This document shows, in pieces, positions 36,871 to 45,623 of a DNA stretch of 64,000 nucleotides. The DNA is taken from contig JAEZZA010000004.1 in NCBI GenBank assembly GCA_023442525.1, positions 32,052 to 96,051 on the forward strand. The letters run 5' to 3'. Position 1 is the first letter of the stretch. Every line of letters begins with the position of its first letter. Below the pieces are notes generated by a model, which worked only from the letters and a program-made list of their open reading frames with translations, did not search any database and was not told the DNA's origin. The stretch is from Bacteroidota bacterium (lineage in GTDB: Bacteria; Bacteroidota; Bacteroidia; Bacteroidales; UBA10428). The position numbers and the translations under genes are program-made.

Positions 36871-39800
36871 ATGGAAGCCATATTTCTCAATCTATTTCAT
36901 TTTTTCAGAAAGCGAAGGCTGTGGCTTTTTGTGGCTGTAATTGCCATTATCTCCGTGGCAGTTTTCCTGGCATCGCGAATTAAACTTGAAGAAGACATAA
37001 CCCGGATGATCAGCGGAAGCGATAAAACGGGTATGTTGACAAAAATTGTGGAGCAATCTGAATTTCTGGATAAGATTATAATTACCTTATCAACAGAAGA
37101 TATAACGTATAAGGATTCTCTTGAAAAAGCCGGTGATCGTCTGGCCGACACCCTGCTTTCACCTGCTTTTCAGCCCTATGTCAAAGAAGTAACTTACAAA
37201 ATAAGCGACACTGTTGTTGAAGCCATGTTTAACCTGGTATACAACAATCTGCCGCTGTTTCTTGAAGAAGAGGATTATGCAGCTGTTGACTCTGCCATCC
37301 TTCCGCATAGTATCGACCGCTCGGTACTGAATGTCTACAGGAATTTGCTATCACCGGCAAGCTTTGCAATGAAAAAAATGATCCTCCGCGACCCACTCGG
37401 CATAAGCTCAATTGCACTAAAAAAGCTGGGATCATTTCAGAACGACGAGAATTATACCATGGTGAACAGCAGGATCTATTCACGTGATACCACTTCACTG
37501 ATGCTGTTCATTTCACCGGTGTACAAGCCGAAAGAAACTTCGAAAAACGTTGAATTTGCAGATATTCTGCGCAATACTCTGAAAGAAATAGGCTCTGAAT
37601 ATAATGTAGAAGCAGCAGCCTTCGGTTCGGCACTAATAGCCGCAGGTAATGCCGACCGGCTTAAAAGAGACATAAGACTTACCCTGAGTATTTCCATTAT
37701 TCTGCTGACACTGATCATTTCTTTTTCTATCCGCAAGAAAAAACTGTTTCCGTTCATTTTCTTACCCGCTGTATTTGGCGGCATCCTTGCACTGGCAGTC
37801 CTTTTTCTGCTGAAGGGAAAAGTCTCCGTAATATCTCTCAGCATTGGTTCGGTTATTCTGGCTATTACTGTCGACTACGCCCTTCATATCACAACTCATT
37901 ACAAACACAGGCATTCCATCATCGGAACAATCAAGGATGTTTCATTCCCTATTATCGTTTGTGGCTTTGCCACGGCTTTTGAATTTCTTGCCCTTGTTTT
38001 TGTTTCATCCGAATCGTTGAAGGAACTTGGAATTCTGGCTGCCATCAGCGTGGTTACTGCTGCATTTTTCACCATGGTTGTTCTTCCGCATATACTGGAA
38101 ATGTCAACAGGCAAGGCGGATGAGACCGAAGAAAAAAACCTGCTTGAATGGGTTCTCGATAAAATTACACGATATGCCTTTCATAAAAAGAAGTTGCTAT
38201 TGGCTGCCATGGTGATTTATTCAATAGCTTCTCTCTTTTATTTAAGCCGTGTAGGTTTTGAGAGCGATATGATGAAGATGAATTACATGTCGGCAGACCT
38301 CAGAAAAGCAGAAAGTAAACTGGACCGGATCAATAATGCAAGCCTGAATTCGATATACGTTGTATCTTACGGTAACAATATTCAAAAAGCCCTGGAAAGT
38401 AATGAAAGAGTGATTTCAAGGGCATCGGATCTGAAATCGGAGGGAATTGTAAGCAACTATACTTCTCCCGCTTCACTTCTGATGTCTGATTCCGTTCAAC
38501 AGCAAAAAATTCAGAAATGGAATGAATTCTGGAGTAATCATGATATAGCAGCAGTTATTAATACTCTTGACGCTAAGGCAAGCCGGACAGGTTTCAGATC
38601 AGGGTCATTCGAAGAGTTCACCAGTCTTCTTGGCAATTCCTATTCTCCTGATTCCAATCTTTTTCGCACGCTACAATCGATTTTCTCAATTGAAAACATT
38701 TCGGTAAATCCGGAAATGACATCGATTGTCACGGCTTTGAAAGTTCGCCCCGAAAATGTGGATAAAGCCTCGGCAAGCTTTGCCGATATACAGGGCGCAA
38801 TGGTCATTGACAGGAAATCTGCTCTTTCGGGAATTGTAGATACCCTGGGGGATGATTTCAATTTCATTGCAAATGTCAGCCTGTTGCTTATCCTGCTTGT
38901 ACTGATCCTGGCATTTGGCCGGCTTGAACTGGGAATTATCACTTTTGTGCCAATTTTTCTCAGTTGGATATGGACCCTCGGTTTTATGGGAATGACAGGT
39001 ATAAAATTCAATATTTTTAATATCATCATATCGTCGTTTATCACAGGACTGGGAATTGATTACAGCATTTACATCATGCAGGGCCTTGTACAGGGTTATA
39101 AATCCGATAACCATAACCTGCTTTCCTATAAAACCTGCATACTGATTTCGGTTATGATATCCATATCCGGCACCGGAGTTATGATCCTGGCCAAACATCC
39201 GGCATTGAATTCCATAGCGATAATTTCCATTTTTGGACTTCTTGCCGTAGTACTGATTTCCTATACTTTTGAACCTCTGCTATTCAATTACCTGGTGTCG
39301 AAGAACAATAAACCACGGGTACTGCCTGTTACACTTTCCGACATCCTCACAACCATTGTGGTGTTTACGATTTTTGTAATTGGTTGTGTTTTTATGAATG
39401 CAGTTCTGCTACTGGTATGGATAATACCTGTGAAAAAGGAATATAAGAAATTATGGATTCATTATGCCATAATGTTGTGGTGCAGGATACCAGTATATGC
39501 CATGATTCACATCCGGAAATCTGTTGTGAATACCAGCAGAGAGGATTTTTCAAAACCTGCCCTTATAATCAGTAACCACCAGTCGCACATCGATCTTCTG
39601 CTTCTGCTTATGCTTAATCCGAAGCTGATTGTGTTAACCACAAAATGGGTTTGGAATAATCCCATTTATATGCTGGTAATACGGTACCTCAACTATTACC
39701 CGGTAATGGAGGGTTATGGTGATCTGATGGAAAAGATCAGCGATCGGGTAAAAGAAGGTTATTCCGTGATTGTGTTTCCCGAAGGGAGCCGTTCGGCCGA

Positions 39801-40713
39801 TTCGTCTATTACCCGCTTCCACAAAGGAGCTTTTCTGATGGCACATACACTGGGATTGGATCTTTTGCCTGTTATCATTCACGGAGCAGGCGATTGCATG
39901 AACAAAGGTGAGAATCACCTGCGTGGCGGATCAATCACCGTTAAAATATTCCCCCGTATTAAACCCGGTGATCCGGAATATGGTGCCGATTATCACGAAA
40001 TGAAAAATTCCATGCTTCGCTTTTACAGGCAGAACTATGCACGAATGAAAGAGGAGCTTGAAACGCCGGATTATTTCAGAAGAAAGCTGATTCGAAACTA
40101 TATTTATAAAGGACCGGTTCTGGAATGGTATACCCGAATCAAGCTTTCACTTGAGAATAATTATATCTGCCTGAACGATCTGATTCCCCGGAAAGCCACA
40201 ATAACTGATATTGGATGCGGATATGGGTACCTTACCCACATACTCAGCTTTGTTTCAAGCGAACGTACCATTACTGCGTTTGATTATGACGAGGATAAAA
40301 TTGAGGTTGCCTCCGGTTGCATGTCAATCCAACCCAATGTTGAATTCAGATGTGCCGATGTAACAACCGTTGATTTTACTGAATCGGATGTTTTCGTTCT
40401 GAGCGATGTGCTGCATTATTTGCCGGATGATAAACAGGAAGAACTTATATCGAGATGCATGCAAAAATTGAAACCGGGTGGTAAGATTTTGATTCGCGAT
40501 GCAGATCGTGATTTGGTAAAACGACATAAAGGAACACGCTATACAGAATTCTTTTCCACACGTTCAGGCTTTAATAAATCGAATAACAACCGGCTCTATT
40601 TCTTTGCGGGAAGCAAGATCAGGACAATTGCAGGAAAAAATGGATTCAATATAAAAGAATCCGATCAAACGAAATTAACTTCCAATATTTTGTATGTTTT
40701 GGAGAGAGCATAG
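36871..40713 (+). CDS. Three-domain fusion: MMPL/RND-like exporter + PlsC-type lysophospholipid acyltransferase + class I SAM methyltransferase
   Basis: 1280 aa. Residues 1 to about 810 form two TM bundles separated by two large loops (MMPL-like). An LPLAT domain follows with NHQSHIDLLLL (HX4D) and FPEGSRS near aa 900-960. The methyltransferase motif I DIGCGYGYL is near aa 1112. It is a single uninterrupted ORF. Confidence 0.8.
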   Translation: MEAIFLNLFHFFRKRRLWLFVAVIAIISVAVFLASRIKLEEDITRMISGSDKTGMLTKIVEQSEFLDKIIITLSTEDITYKDSLEKAGDRLADTLLSPAFQPYVKEVTYKISDTVVEAMFNLVYNNLPLFLEEEDYAAVDSAILPHSIDRSVLNVYRNLLSPASFAMKKMILRDPLGISSIALKKLGSFQNDENYTMVNSRIYSRDTTSLMLFISPVYKPKETSKNVEFADILRNTLKEIGSEYNVEAAAFGSALIAAGNADRLKRDIRLTLSISIILLTLIISFSIRKKKLFPFIFLPAVFGGILALAVLFLLKGKVSVISLSIGSVILAITVDYALHITTHYKHRHSIIGTIKDVSFPIIVCGFATAFEFLALVFVSSESLKELGILAAISVVTAAFFTMVVLPHILEMSTGKADETEEKNLLEWVLDKITRYAFHKKKLLLAAMVIYSIASLFYLSRVGFESDMMKMNYMSADLRKAESKLDRINNASLNSIYVVSYGNNIQKALESNERVISRASDLKSEGIVSNYTSPASLLMSDSVQQQKIQKWNEFWSNHDIAAVINTLDAKASRTGFRSGSFEEFTSLLGNSYSPDSNLFRTLQSIFSIENISVNPEMTSIVTALKVRPENVDKASASFADIQGAMVIDRKSALSGIVDTLGDDFNFIANVSLLLILLVLILAFGRLELGIITFVPIFLSWIWTLGFMGMTGIKFNIFNIIISSFITGLGIDYSIYIMQGLVQGYKSDNHNLLSYKTCILISVMISISGTGVMILAKHPALNSIAIISIFGLLAVVLISYTFEPLLFNYLVSKNNKPRVLPVTLSDILTTIVVFTIFVIGCVFMNAVLLLVWIIPVKKEYKKLWIHYAIMLWCRIPVYAMIHIRKSVVNTSREDFSKPALIISNHQSHIDLLLLLMLNPKLIVLTTKWVWNNPIYMLVIRYLNYYPVMEGYGDLMEKISDRVKEGYSVIVFPEGSRSADSSITRFHKGAFLMAHTLGLDLLPVIIHGAGDCMNKGENHLRGGSITVKIFPRIKPGDPEYGADYHEMKNSMLRFYRQNYARMKEELETPDYFRRKLIRNYIYKGPVLEWYTRIKLSLENNYICLNDLIPRKATITDIGCGYGYLTHILSFVSSERTITAFDYDEDKIEVASGCMSIQPNVEFRCADVTTVDFTESDVFVLSDVLHYLPDDKQEELISRCMQKLKPGGKILIRDADRDLVKRHKGTRYTEFFSTRSGFNKSNNNRLYFFAGSKIRTIAGKNGFNIKESDQTKLTSNILYVLERA

Positions 40714-40782
40714 TGAATAAACTACTGTAACTCTTTTAATAATGCATCGTAACATATCTATTCAATTTAAATTAATATCGGA

Positions 40783-41385
40783 ATGATTATGAAAAAAATC
40801 TTAGTTCTGACAATTTCTGCTTTTCTTGTAATGAGCATGAACGCACAGAAAATTACATTGAAAAGCGGTTCAGTAAATGCACTTAAAGGCGAAAAAACCA
40901 TGCTTGCCGAGTACGACTACAGCAATTTGAAAGTAGGTAAATTCGACAAGGAAGAGGATTATATCGAAAAAAAAGTGGCCGATTATGAGAAATCTGAGGC
41001 CGGCAAAGGCGAAAAATGGAAAGAATCATGGACAGCTGACCGCAAAAACAGGTTTGAGCCTAAATTCGAACTTTTATTCAACGAAAATTCAAACGGTGTG
41101 AAGGTTGATCAGAATGCATCCGATGCCAAATATAAAATTCTGGTACATACTACATTCATTGAACCCGGCTTCAATGTAGGAGTAACCCGAAAACCTGCTT
41201 TTATAAATTCTGAAGTCAGGATTTCAGAAGTCGCCAGTGGTAAAGAAATTGCAGTTATTACCGTTCAGAATTGCCCGGGCCGGGATGTTATGGGATTTGA
41301 CTATGATACAGGATACCGTATCGAAGAAGCCTATGCCAAGCTTGGAAAATCCATTGCCGCATTCATAAATAAGCAGACCAGGTAA
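40783..41385 (+). CDS. Hypothetical secreted protein
   Basis: 200 aa with signal peptide MIMKKILVLTISAFLVMSMNAQ. No family recognised. A strong terminator follows. Confidence 0.6.
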   Translation: MIMKKILVLTISAFLVMSMNAQKITLKSGSVNALKGEKTMLAEYDYSNLKVGKFDKEEDYIEKKVADYEKSEAGKGEKWKESWTADRKNRFEPKFELLFNENSNGVKVDQNASDAKYKILVHTTFIEPGFNVGVTRKPAFINSEVRISEVASGKEIAVITVQNCPGRDVMGFDYDTGYRIEEAYAKLGKSIAAFINKQTR

Positions 41386-41407
41386 ACTGCTGTTATAAAA
41401 TACAAAG

Positions 41408-41438
41408 CGGTGAGCCAATTTGGTTCACCGTTTTTTTT
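41408..41438 (+). terminator. Rho-independent terminator
   Basis: CGGTGAGCCA-ATT-TGGTTCACCG (10 pairs including one G-U) followed by T8. Confidence 0.85.
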
Positions 41439-41520
41439 GTTATAACATATACATCATTATTTATAAATTCGTGCGCATTAAGTATTCTGATTCCGGATAC
41501 CGGATATTCTGGATCAAACA

Positions 41521-41560
41521 CACATTAGCACATTGGCACATTGGCATATTAGCAAATTAA
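41521..41560. repeat. 5 x 8-bp degenerate tandem array abutting a start codon
   Basis: The units are CACATTAG, CACATTGG, CACATTGG, CATATTAG, CAAATTAA, followed by ACC and ATG at 41564. Confidence 0.85.
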
Positions 41561-41563
41561 ACC

Positions 41564-42145
41564 ATGGAACTCCTGAATTCACCTTACTTTGATTATATCA
41601 TACTTCCGTTATTGATTTTTGTCCTGCGCATTTTCGACGTTTCACTCGATACGATGCGTATTATATTTATGACTAAAGGCTACAGGAAACTGGCTCCGGT
41701 AATCGGATTTTTTGAGATTCTCATCTGGATTGTGGCTATAACCCGGATAATGCAAAACCTGAATAACTGGGTGACTTATATAGGTTATGCCGCAGGTTTT
41801 GCTACTGGTAATTACGTGGGAATGTTGCTCGACGAGAAACTCGCAATTGGTCATGAAATGATACGGGTGATAACCAAAATTGAGCCGACCGGTTTGGCCG
41901 ACAGACTACGAAGTGCAGGTTTCGGAGTTACTTCGGTGAGAGCAACGGGAATGCAGGGCGATGTGGGCATCCATTATATTGTTGTTAACCGGAAGAACCT
42001 GAAAACTGCAGTTAAAATAATTGAAGAACATTCACCCAGTGCCTTCTACACTGTAGAAAACATACATTTTGTAAACCGTCCGCTCGATAAAAATATTAAT
42101 CCCAACAGGGGAGGAACAGAGATAGTTCCGAAGGCGAGACCGTGA
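41564..42145 (+). CDS. UPF0316/DUF2179 family membrane protein
   Basis: 193 aa. DVSLDTMRIIFMTKGYRKLAPVIGFFEILIW and AYAAGFATGNYVGMLLDEKLAIG are typical of the family, with a C-terminal DUF2179-like soluble domain. Confidence 0.8.
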   Translation: MELLNSPYFDYIILPLLIFVLRIFDVSLDTMRIIFMTKGYRKLAPVIGFFEILIWIVAITRIMQNLNNWVTYIGYAAGFATGNYVGMLLDEKLAIGHEMIRVITKIEPTGLADRLRSAGFGVTSVRATGMQGDVGIHYIVVNRKNLKTAVKIIEEHSPSAFYTVENIHFVNRPLDKNINPNRGGTEIVPKARP

Positions 42146-42190
42146 CTGCCTGACTGCCTGACTGCACGACAGCCCGACTGCCCGACTTAC
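42143..42190. repeat. 6 x 8-bp degenerate tandem array filling a convergent intergenic spacer
   Basis: The units are TGACTGCC, TGACTGCC, TGACTGCA, CGACAGCC, CGACTGCC, CGACTTAC. The array starts at the TGA stop of the plus gene and ends across the TTA (stop, minus) of the LysE gene. Confidence 0.85.
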
Positions 42191-42783
42191 CCTAAAATGA
42201 ACCAGGATCCGATTCCGATAAGGATAATACCTGACGCAATGTAAATGCCCCGCAATATCCGCGTATGAATCAGATTACTTAGGCGGTAGGCGAAATAAGC
42301 CTTTATTATGTCAAATATTGCCATTACTGTCAGGGCAGCAGCATAGTATATGAAAGTTTCTTTTCCGCTATGGGTGAAATTCCTCAGCGATACAGCCATG
42401 GTACCCATCCAGAAGATGAGTACCGAGGGATTCATGAGGTTAACAAAAAATCCGTTGGCAAAGGTCTTCCAGTTTTGCTGAACAGAAAGTGTTTCCAATT
42501 CGGCCTTTTTCCGTCTTAAAATATAATTCACACCAAAGGCCATAAAAAGAACTCCACCTGTAATATTGAAATACTGGTTACTGATAACAGTCTGGTTTAT
42601 CCACGAGGCAAAGAAATAGATCGATGTAATAATCATCGCATCACACAGAACAACGCCTGCGTCAAACCAGAGGGCTGCCTTAAATCCCCTGGTCATGCTG
42701 GTTTCAATCAGCATAAAGAAAGTAGCTCCAAGCAGTGTACTTAGTACAAGGCCTGTTAACAGGCCTTTAATTATTATGTCCAT
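42187..42783 (-). CDS. LysE/RhtB family amino-acid-type exporter
   Basis: 198 aa with about 6 TM helices and N-terminus MDIIIKGLLTGLVLSTLLGATFFMLIE. Its start overlaps the GH3 gene end by 17 nt. Confidence 0.75.
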   Translation of the reverse strand: MDIIIKGLLTGLVLSTLLGATFFMLIETSMTRGFKAALWFDAGVVLCDAMIITSIYFFASWINQTVISNQYFNITGGVLFMAFGVNYILRRKKAELETLSVQQNWKTFANGFFVNLMNPSVLIFWMGTMAVSLRNFTHSGKETFIYYAAALTVMAIFDIIKAYFAYRLSNLIHTRILRGIYIASGIILIGIGSWFILG

Positions 42784-44314
42784 TCAGATACTGTCTTGAA
42801 AACTCGTTCCACTCGGCATATTGATTCCCGATAACTCTGGGAAATTTATGTTGTCCTCCTTCTTTTCCTTTCATTTTTAGCCATTCATAGAATGCCTTGG
42901 GCTGAATAATCTCAACCAATACTTCTTTTAATGCAGCCCGTCTTTCAACCGCGTAATCATCATTCAGTTTACACAACGTCTGATCGAGCAGGTCCCTCAG
43001 TTTCTGCGGGTCAAAAATCGCATCGTCGGTACCAATGTACCATTTATGAGCAAATCTTTTTTCAAAAGGAATTCCGGCAACCGTGAATTCTTTAATCTGG
43101 ATATTCATTGCTTCCGCAATTTCGCTAATAGCACTCGTCATATTGTCCACGCTCAGATGTTCACCGCATAAACTCAAAAAGTGCTTGGTACGCCCTGTTA
43201 TTACAATTTCATAATCTTTTACAGAAGTAAATTTTATGGTATCACCTATCAGATACCGCCATGTGCCTGCGTTGGTTGAAATGATCAGCGCATAATCCTC
43301 ATTCTCCCTGACTTCATCCAGGAGTAATACCTGCGGATTTTTAACCAGACTTCCATCCGGTCGAAAATTAGAGGAGTTGAAAGGTATAAATTCAAAAAAG
43401 ATACCATTATCCAGTACGAGTTGCATGGGCCGGTCTTTTTTGCGCTGATATGCAAGAAAACCCTCAGACGCCAGATAAGTTTCGAGGTAATGAATTTCTT
43501 TACCCATTAACTTCTCAAACGATTTCCTATAGGGCGAGAAATGAACTCCGCCATGCGCAAATACCCTGAAATTTGGCCAGAGATCATGGATATTTTGCAA
43601 ACCGTAATGATCAATAATCTTTTCCAGAAGGATTTGAACCCATGCCGGGACGCCGCAGATTCCTCCGATATTCCAGTCCTTGGCTTTGAGAACAATTTTA
43701 TCAAGCTTGGTATTCCAGTCTTTTTCCTTTGAGATCTGCCCCGGTTTATAAAAACTGTTGAACCAGAAGGGTAATCTTCCGGCAAGTATACCGCTCAGGT
43801 CACCCTCAAAGTATTTTTCCATGTTTATCAGAGACGTACTGCCTCCCAGCATGAGGATGCTGCTTTCATAGAAATGAGGAGGAAGATCCAGTTCGGCAAG
43901 GGACAAAAGTTGCCGTATTCCAATCTTTCGGATCGACTTGATCATATCGCGTGTGATAGGAACGCGTTTACTTGAATCATTGGATGTCCCCGACGTCAAT
44001 CCAAAGTACTTAACCTTACCAGGCCAGGTTACATCGGGTTTACCTTCGAGCAGCAAATGCCAGTATTCACTGAAAAGTAGTTCATAGTTGTACAGTGGCA
44101 CATTTTTCCTGAATTCGCCAACAACATCATCATTGTCCAGTATTTCACCGAAAACGTGATCTTTCCCGAAACGGGTATTTCGTGCTTTCTGTAACAATGC
44201 CTGCAAGGTTTTCACCTGCAGATTGAAGTTTAATTGCTTTTTTTCGAGGCTGTTTTTCCTGTTTATCAGTACACCATGCAAAATATTACCCACGAGAGCC
44301 ATATCGCAATGCAA
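42767..44314 (-). CDS. GH3 family protein (acyl-acid amido synthetase-like adenylating enzyme)
   Basis: About 511-515 aa. Contains GLTSGTSNDSSKRVPIT and YLASEGFLAYQ blocks, as in bacterial GH3 auxin-responsive-promoter family proteins. The alternative start MALVGN is at 44302. Confidence 0.75.
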   Translation of the reverse strand: MHCDMALVGNILHGVLINRKNSLEKKQLNFNLQVKTLQALLQKARNTRFGKDHVFGEILDNDDVVGEFRKNVPLYNYELLFSEYWHLLLEGKPDVTWPGKVKYFGLTSGTSNDSSKRVPITRDMIKSIRKIGIRQLLSLAELDLPPHFYESSILMLGGSTSLINMEKYFEGDLSGILAGRLPFWFNSFYKPGQISKEKDWNTKLDKIVLKAKDWNIGGICGVPAWVQILLEKIIDHYGLQNIHDLWPNFRVFAHGGVHFSPYRKSFEKLMGKEIHYLETYLASEGFLAYQRKKDRPMQLVLDNGIFFEFIPFNSSNFRPDGSLVKNPQVLLLDEVRENEDYALIISTNAGTWRYLIGDTIKFTSVKDYEIVITGRTKHFLSLCGEHLSVDNMTSAISEIAEAMNIQIKEFTVAGIPFEKRFAHKWYIGTDDAIFDPQKLRDLLDQTLCKLNDDYAVERRAALKEVLVEIIQPKAFYEWLKMKGKEGGQHKFPRVIGNQYAEWNEFSRQYLNGHNN

Positions 44315-44351
44315 TTTGAGAAAATAGGGCGTAAATGTAACAAAAAAGTAA

Positions 44352-45608
44352 TTAGTCGATCAGGTCTATCATTTCCTGTTCAACTTCAATTCGGGCAGTC
44401 TTTAGCATATCGATTGCAATTTCAATGTCCTTTTCCTGGTGTGATGCCATAAGCTGGAACCTGAAAATAGCCTTGCTTTTGGGAACAGCAGGAAATTCAA
44501 TAAGATTCAGCAATAGTCCTTTTTCAAAGATCTTTTTAAAGATCATACGCGCCGGACGTTCGTGTCCTATCAGCACAGGAACAATTTGTGAAGGTATACC
44601 ATTAAGCGTGAATCCGTTTTCTTTGAATTTGCTTACCGTGAACTGCACGAGCTCTCTCAGACGGTTTCTGATATCTTCACCTTCCTGCGAAAAGATTAGG
44701 TCCAGGCTCTGCGATGCAATATGGCATTGTAAGGGCGAAGCACCGGTAGAAAATACATATGTTGGCGTCATAGCAACCATTTGTCGCCTGATATCCGCCG
44801 GCCCTGAAACAAAACCTCCATTGGTGCCAAAGGCTTTGCTGAATGCGCCGCATATCACCAGGTTTTTTGAATAATCCAGGTCGATTGTTTCAAGCAGTCC
44901 AAGTCCGTGCTTACCCATTACACCCAGGTCATGAGCCGTGTCAATAATAACAATGGCATCGTACTTATAAGCGAGTTCCATTAACCGGCGCAGATCAGGC
45001 GAATCCGAATTCATGGAATATAACGTTTCTGTTACAATAAACAGACCGTTCTTATCATCTATCTGTCGGCATCGTTCAAGGACGGCATTCAGATGCGTCA
45101 TGTCGTTATGATTGAACTTGAAAATGTTCTGGGTTGAAAACTTCGATGCAACCTGCATACAGTTATGAGCCAGGGCATCTATTACAATAGTATCCTTCCC
45201 GTTTGTCAGTCCGGTAACGGCTCCGAAACATGCCATCCAGCCCGACGGAAAGATCAGGGTACTTTTCTGGTGAAGCAGATTCGATAACTTGTCTTCCAAC
45301 TCTGCCGTCCATACTGTTCTTCCGGTGAGAGTTGGGGACCCCGAACTGTGAATAATATTGTTATGGCTGATGAAATCCAACAACGAATCAATAATCTTCT
45401 TATTCGTTGATAATCCGAGGTAATCCTGGGTACCGAAGTTCAATGGCCTTCGGTTATCATTTTCCAGTCCAAAAGGCCAAAGATTCTGTTCTTCTCTTAA
45501 GGTTCCCCAATGGTTGAAAGGAGCATATCTTTCTGTGAGATTCTTTCCTGAAAAATTCATGAAATTCAAACCACTACCCTCGTAAGGTCCTAAAAATTGC
45601 GAAGTCAT
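44352..45608 (-). CDS. Alpha-oxoamine synthase family PLP enzyme (BioF/Kbl/Spt-like)
   Basis: 418 aa with DTAHDLG and PLP-lysine context GAFSKAFGTNGG. No bio genes are nearby. Confidence 0.85.
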   Translation of the reverse strand: MTSQFLGPYEGSGLNFMNFSGKNLTERYAPFNHWGTLREEQNLWPFGLENDNRRPLNFGTQDYLGLSTNKKIIDSLLDFISHNNIIHSSGSPTLTGRTVWTAELEDKLSNLLHQKSTLIFPSGWMACFGAVTGLTNGKDTIVIDALAHNCMQVASKFSTQNIFKFNHNDMTHLNAVLERCRQIDDKNGLFIVTETLYSMNSDSPDLRRLMELAYKYDAIVIIDTAHDLGVMGKHGLGLLETIDLDYSKNLVICGAFSKAFGTNGGFVSGPADIRRQMVAMTPTYVFSTGASPLQCHIASQSLDLIFSQEGEDIRNRLRELVQFTVSKFKENGFTLNGIPSQIVPVLIGHERPARMIFKKIFEKGLLLNLIEFPAVPKSKAIFRFQLMASHQEKDIEIAIDMLKTARIEVEQEMIDLID

Positions 45609-45623
45609 CCGGAAATATATTTA

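Noticed and set aside
41521-42190. The short tandem arrays considered as a CRISPR array or as mobile-element ends.
   Set aside because: The units are 8-9 bp with no spacers. There are no cas genes and no transposase or integrase, and the two arrays differ in sequence, so they are not terminal repeats of one element.
44352-45608. The alpha-oxoamine synthase considered as biotin-pathway BioF.
   Set aside because: No bioA, bioB, bioD or bioC genes are nearby, and the gene is coupled to an acyl-CoA ligase and GH3. Family-level assignment only, with the specific substrate left open.
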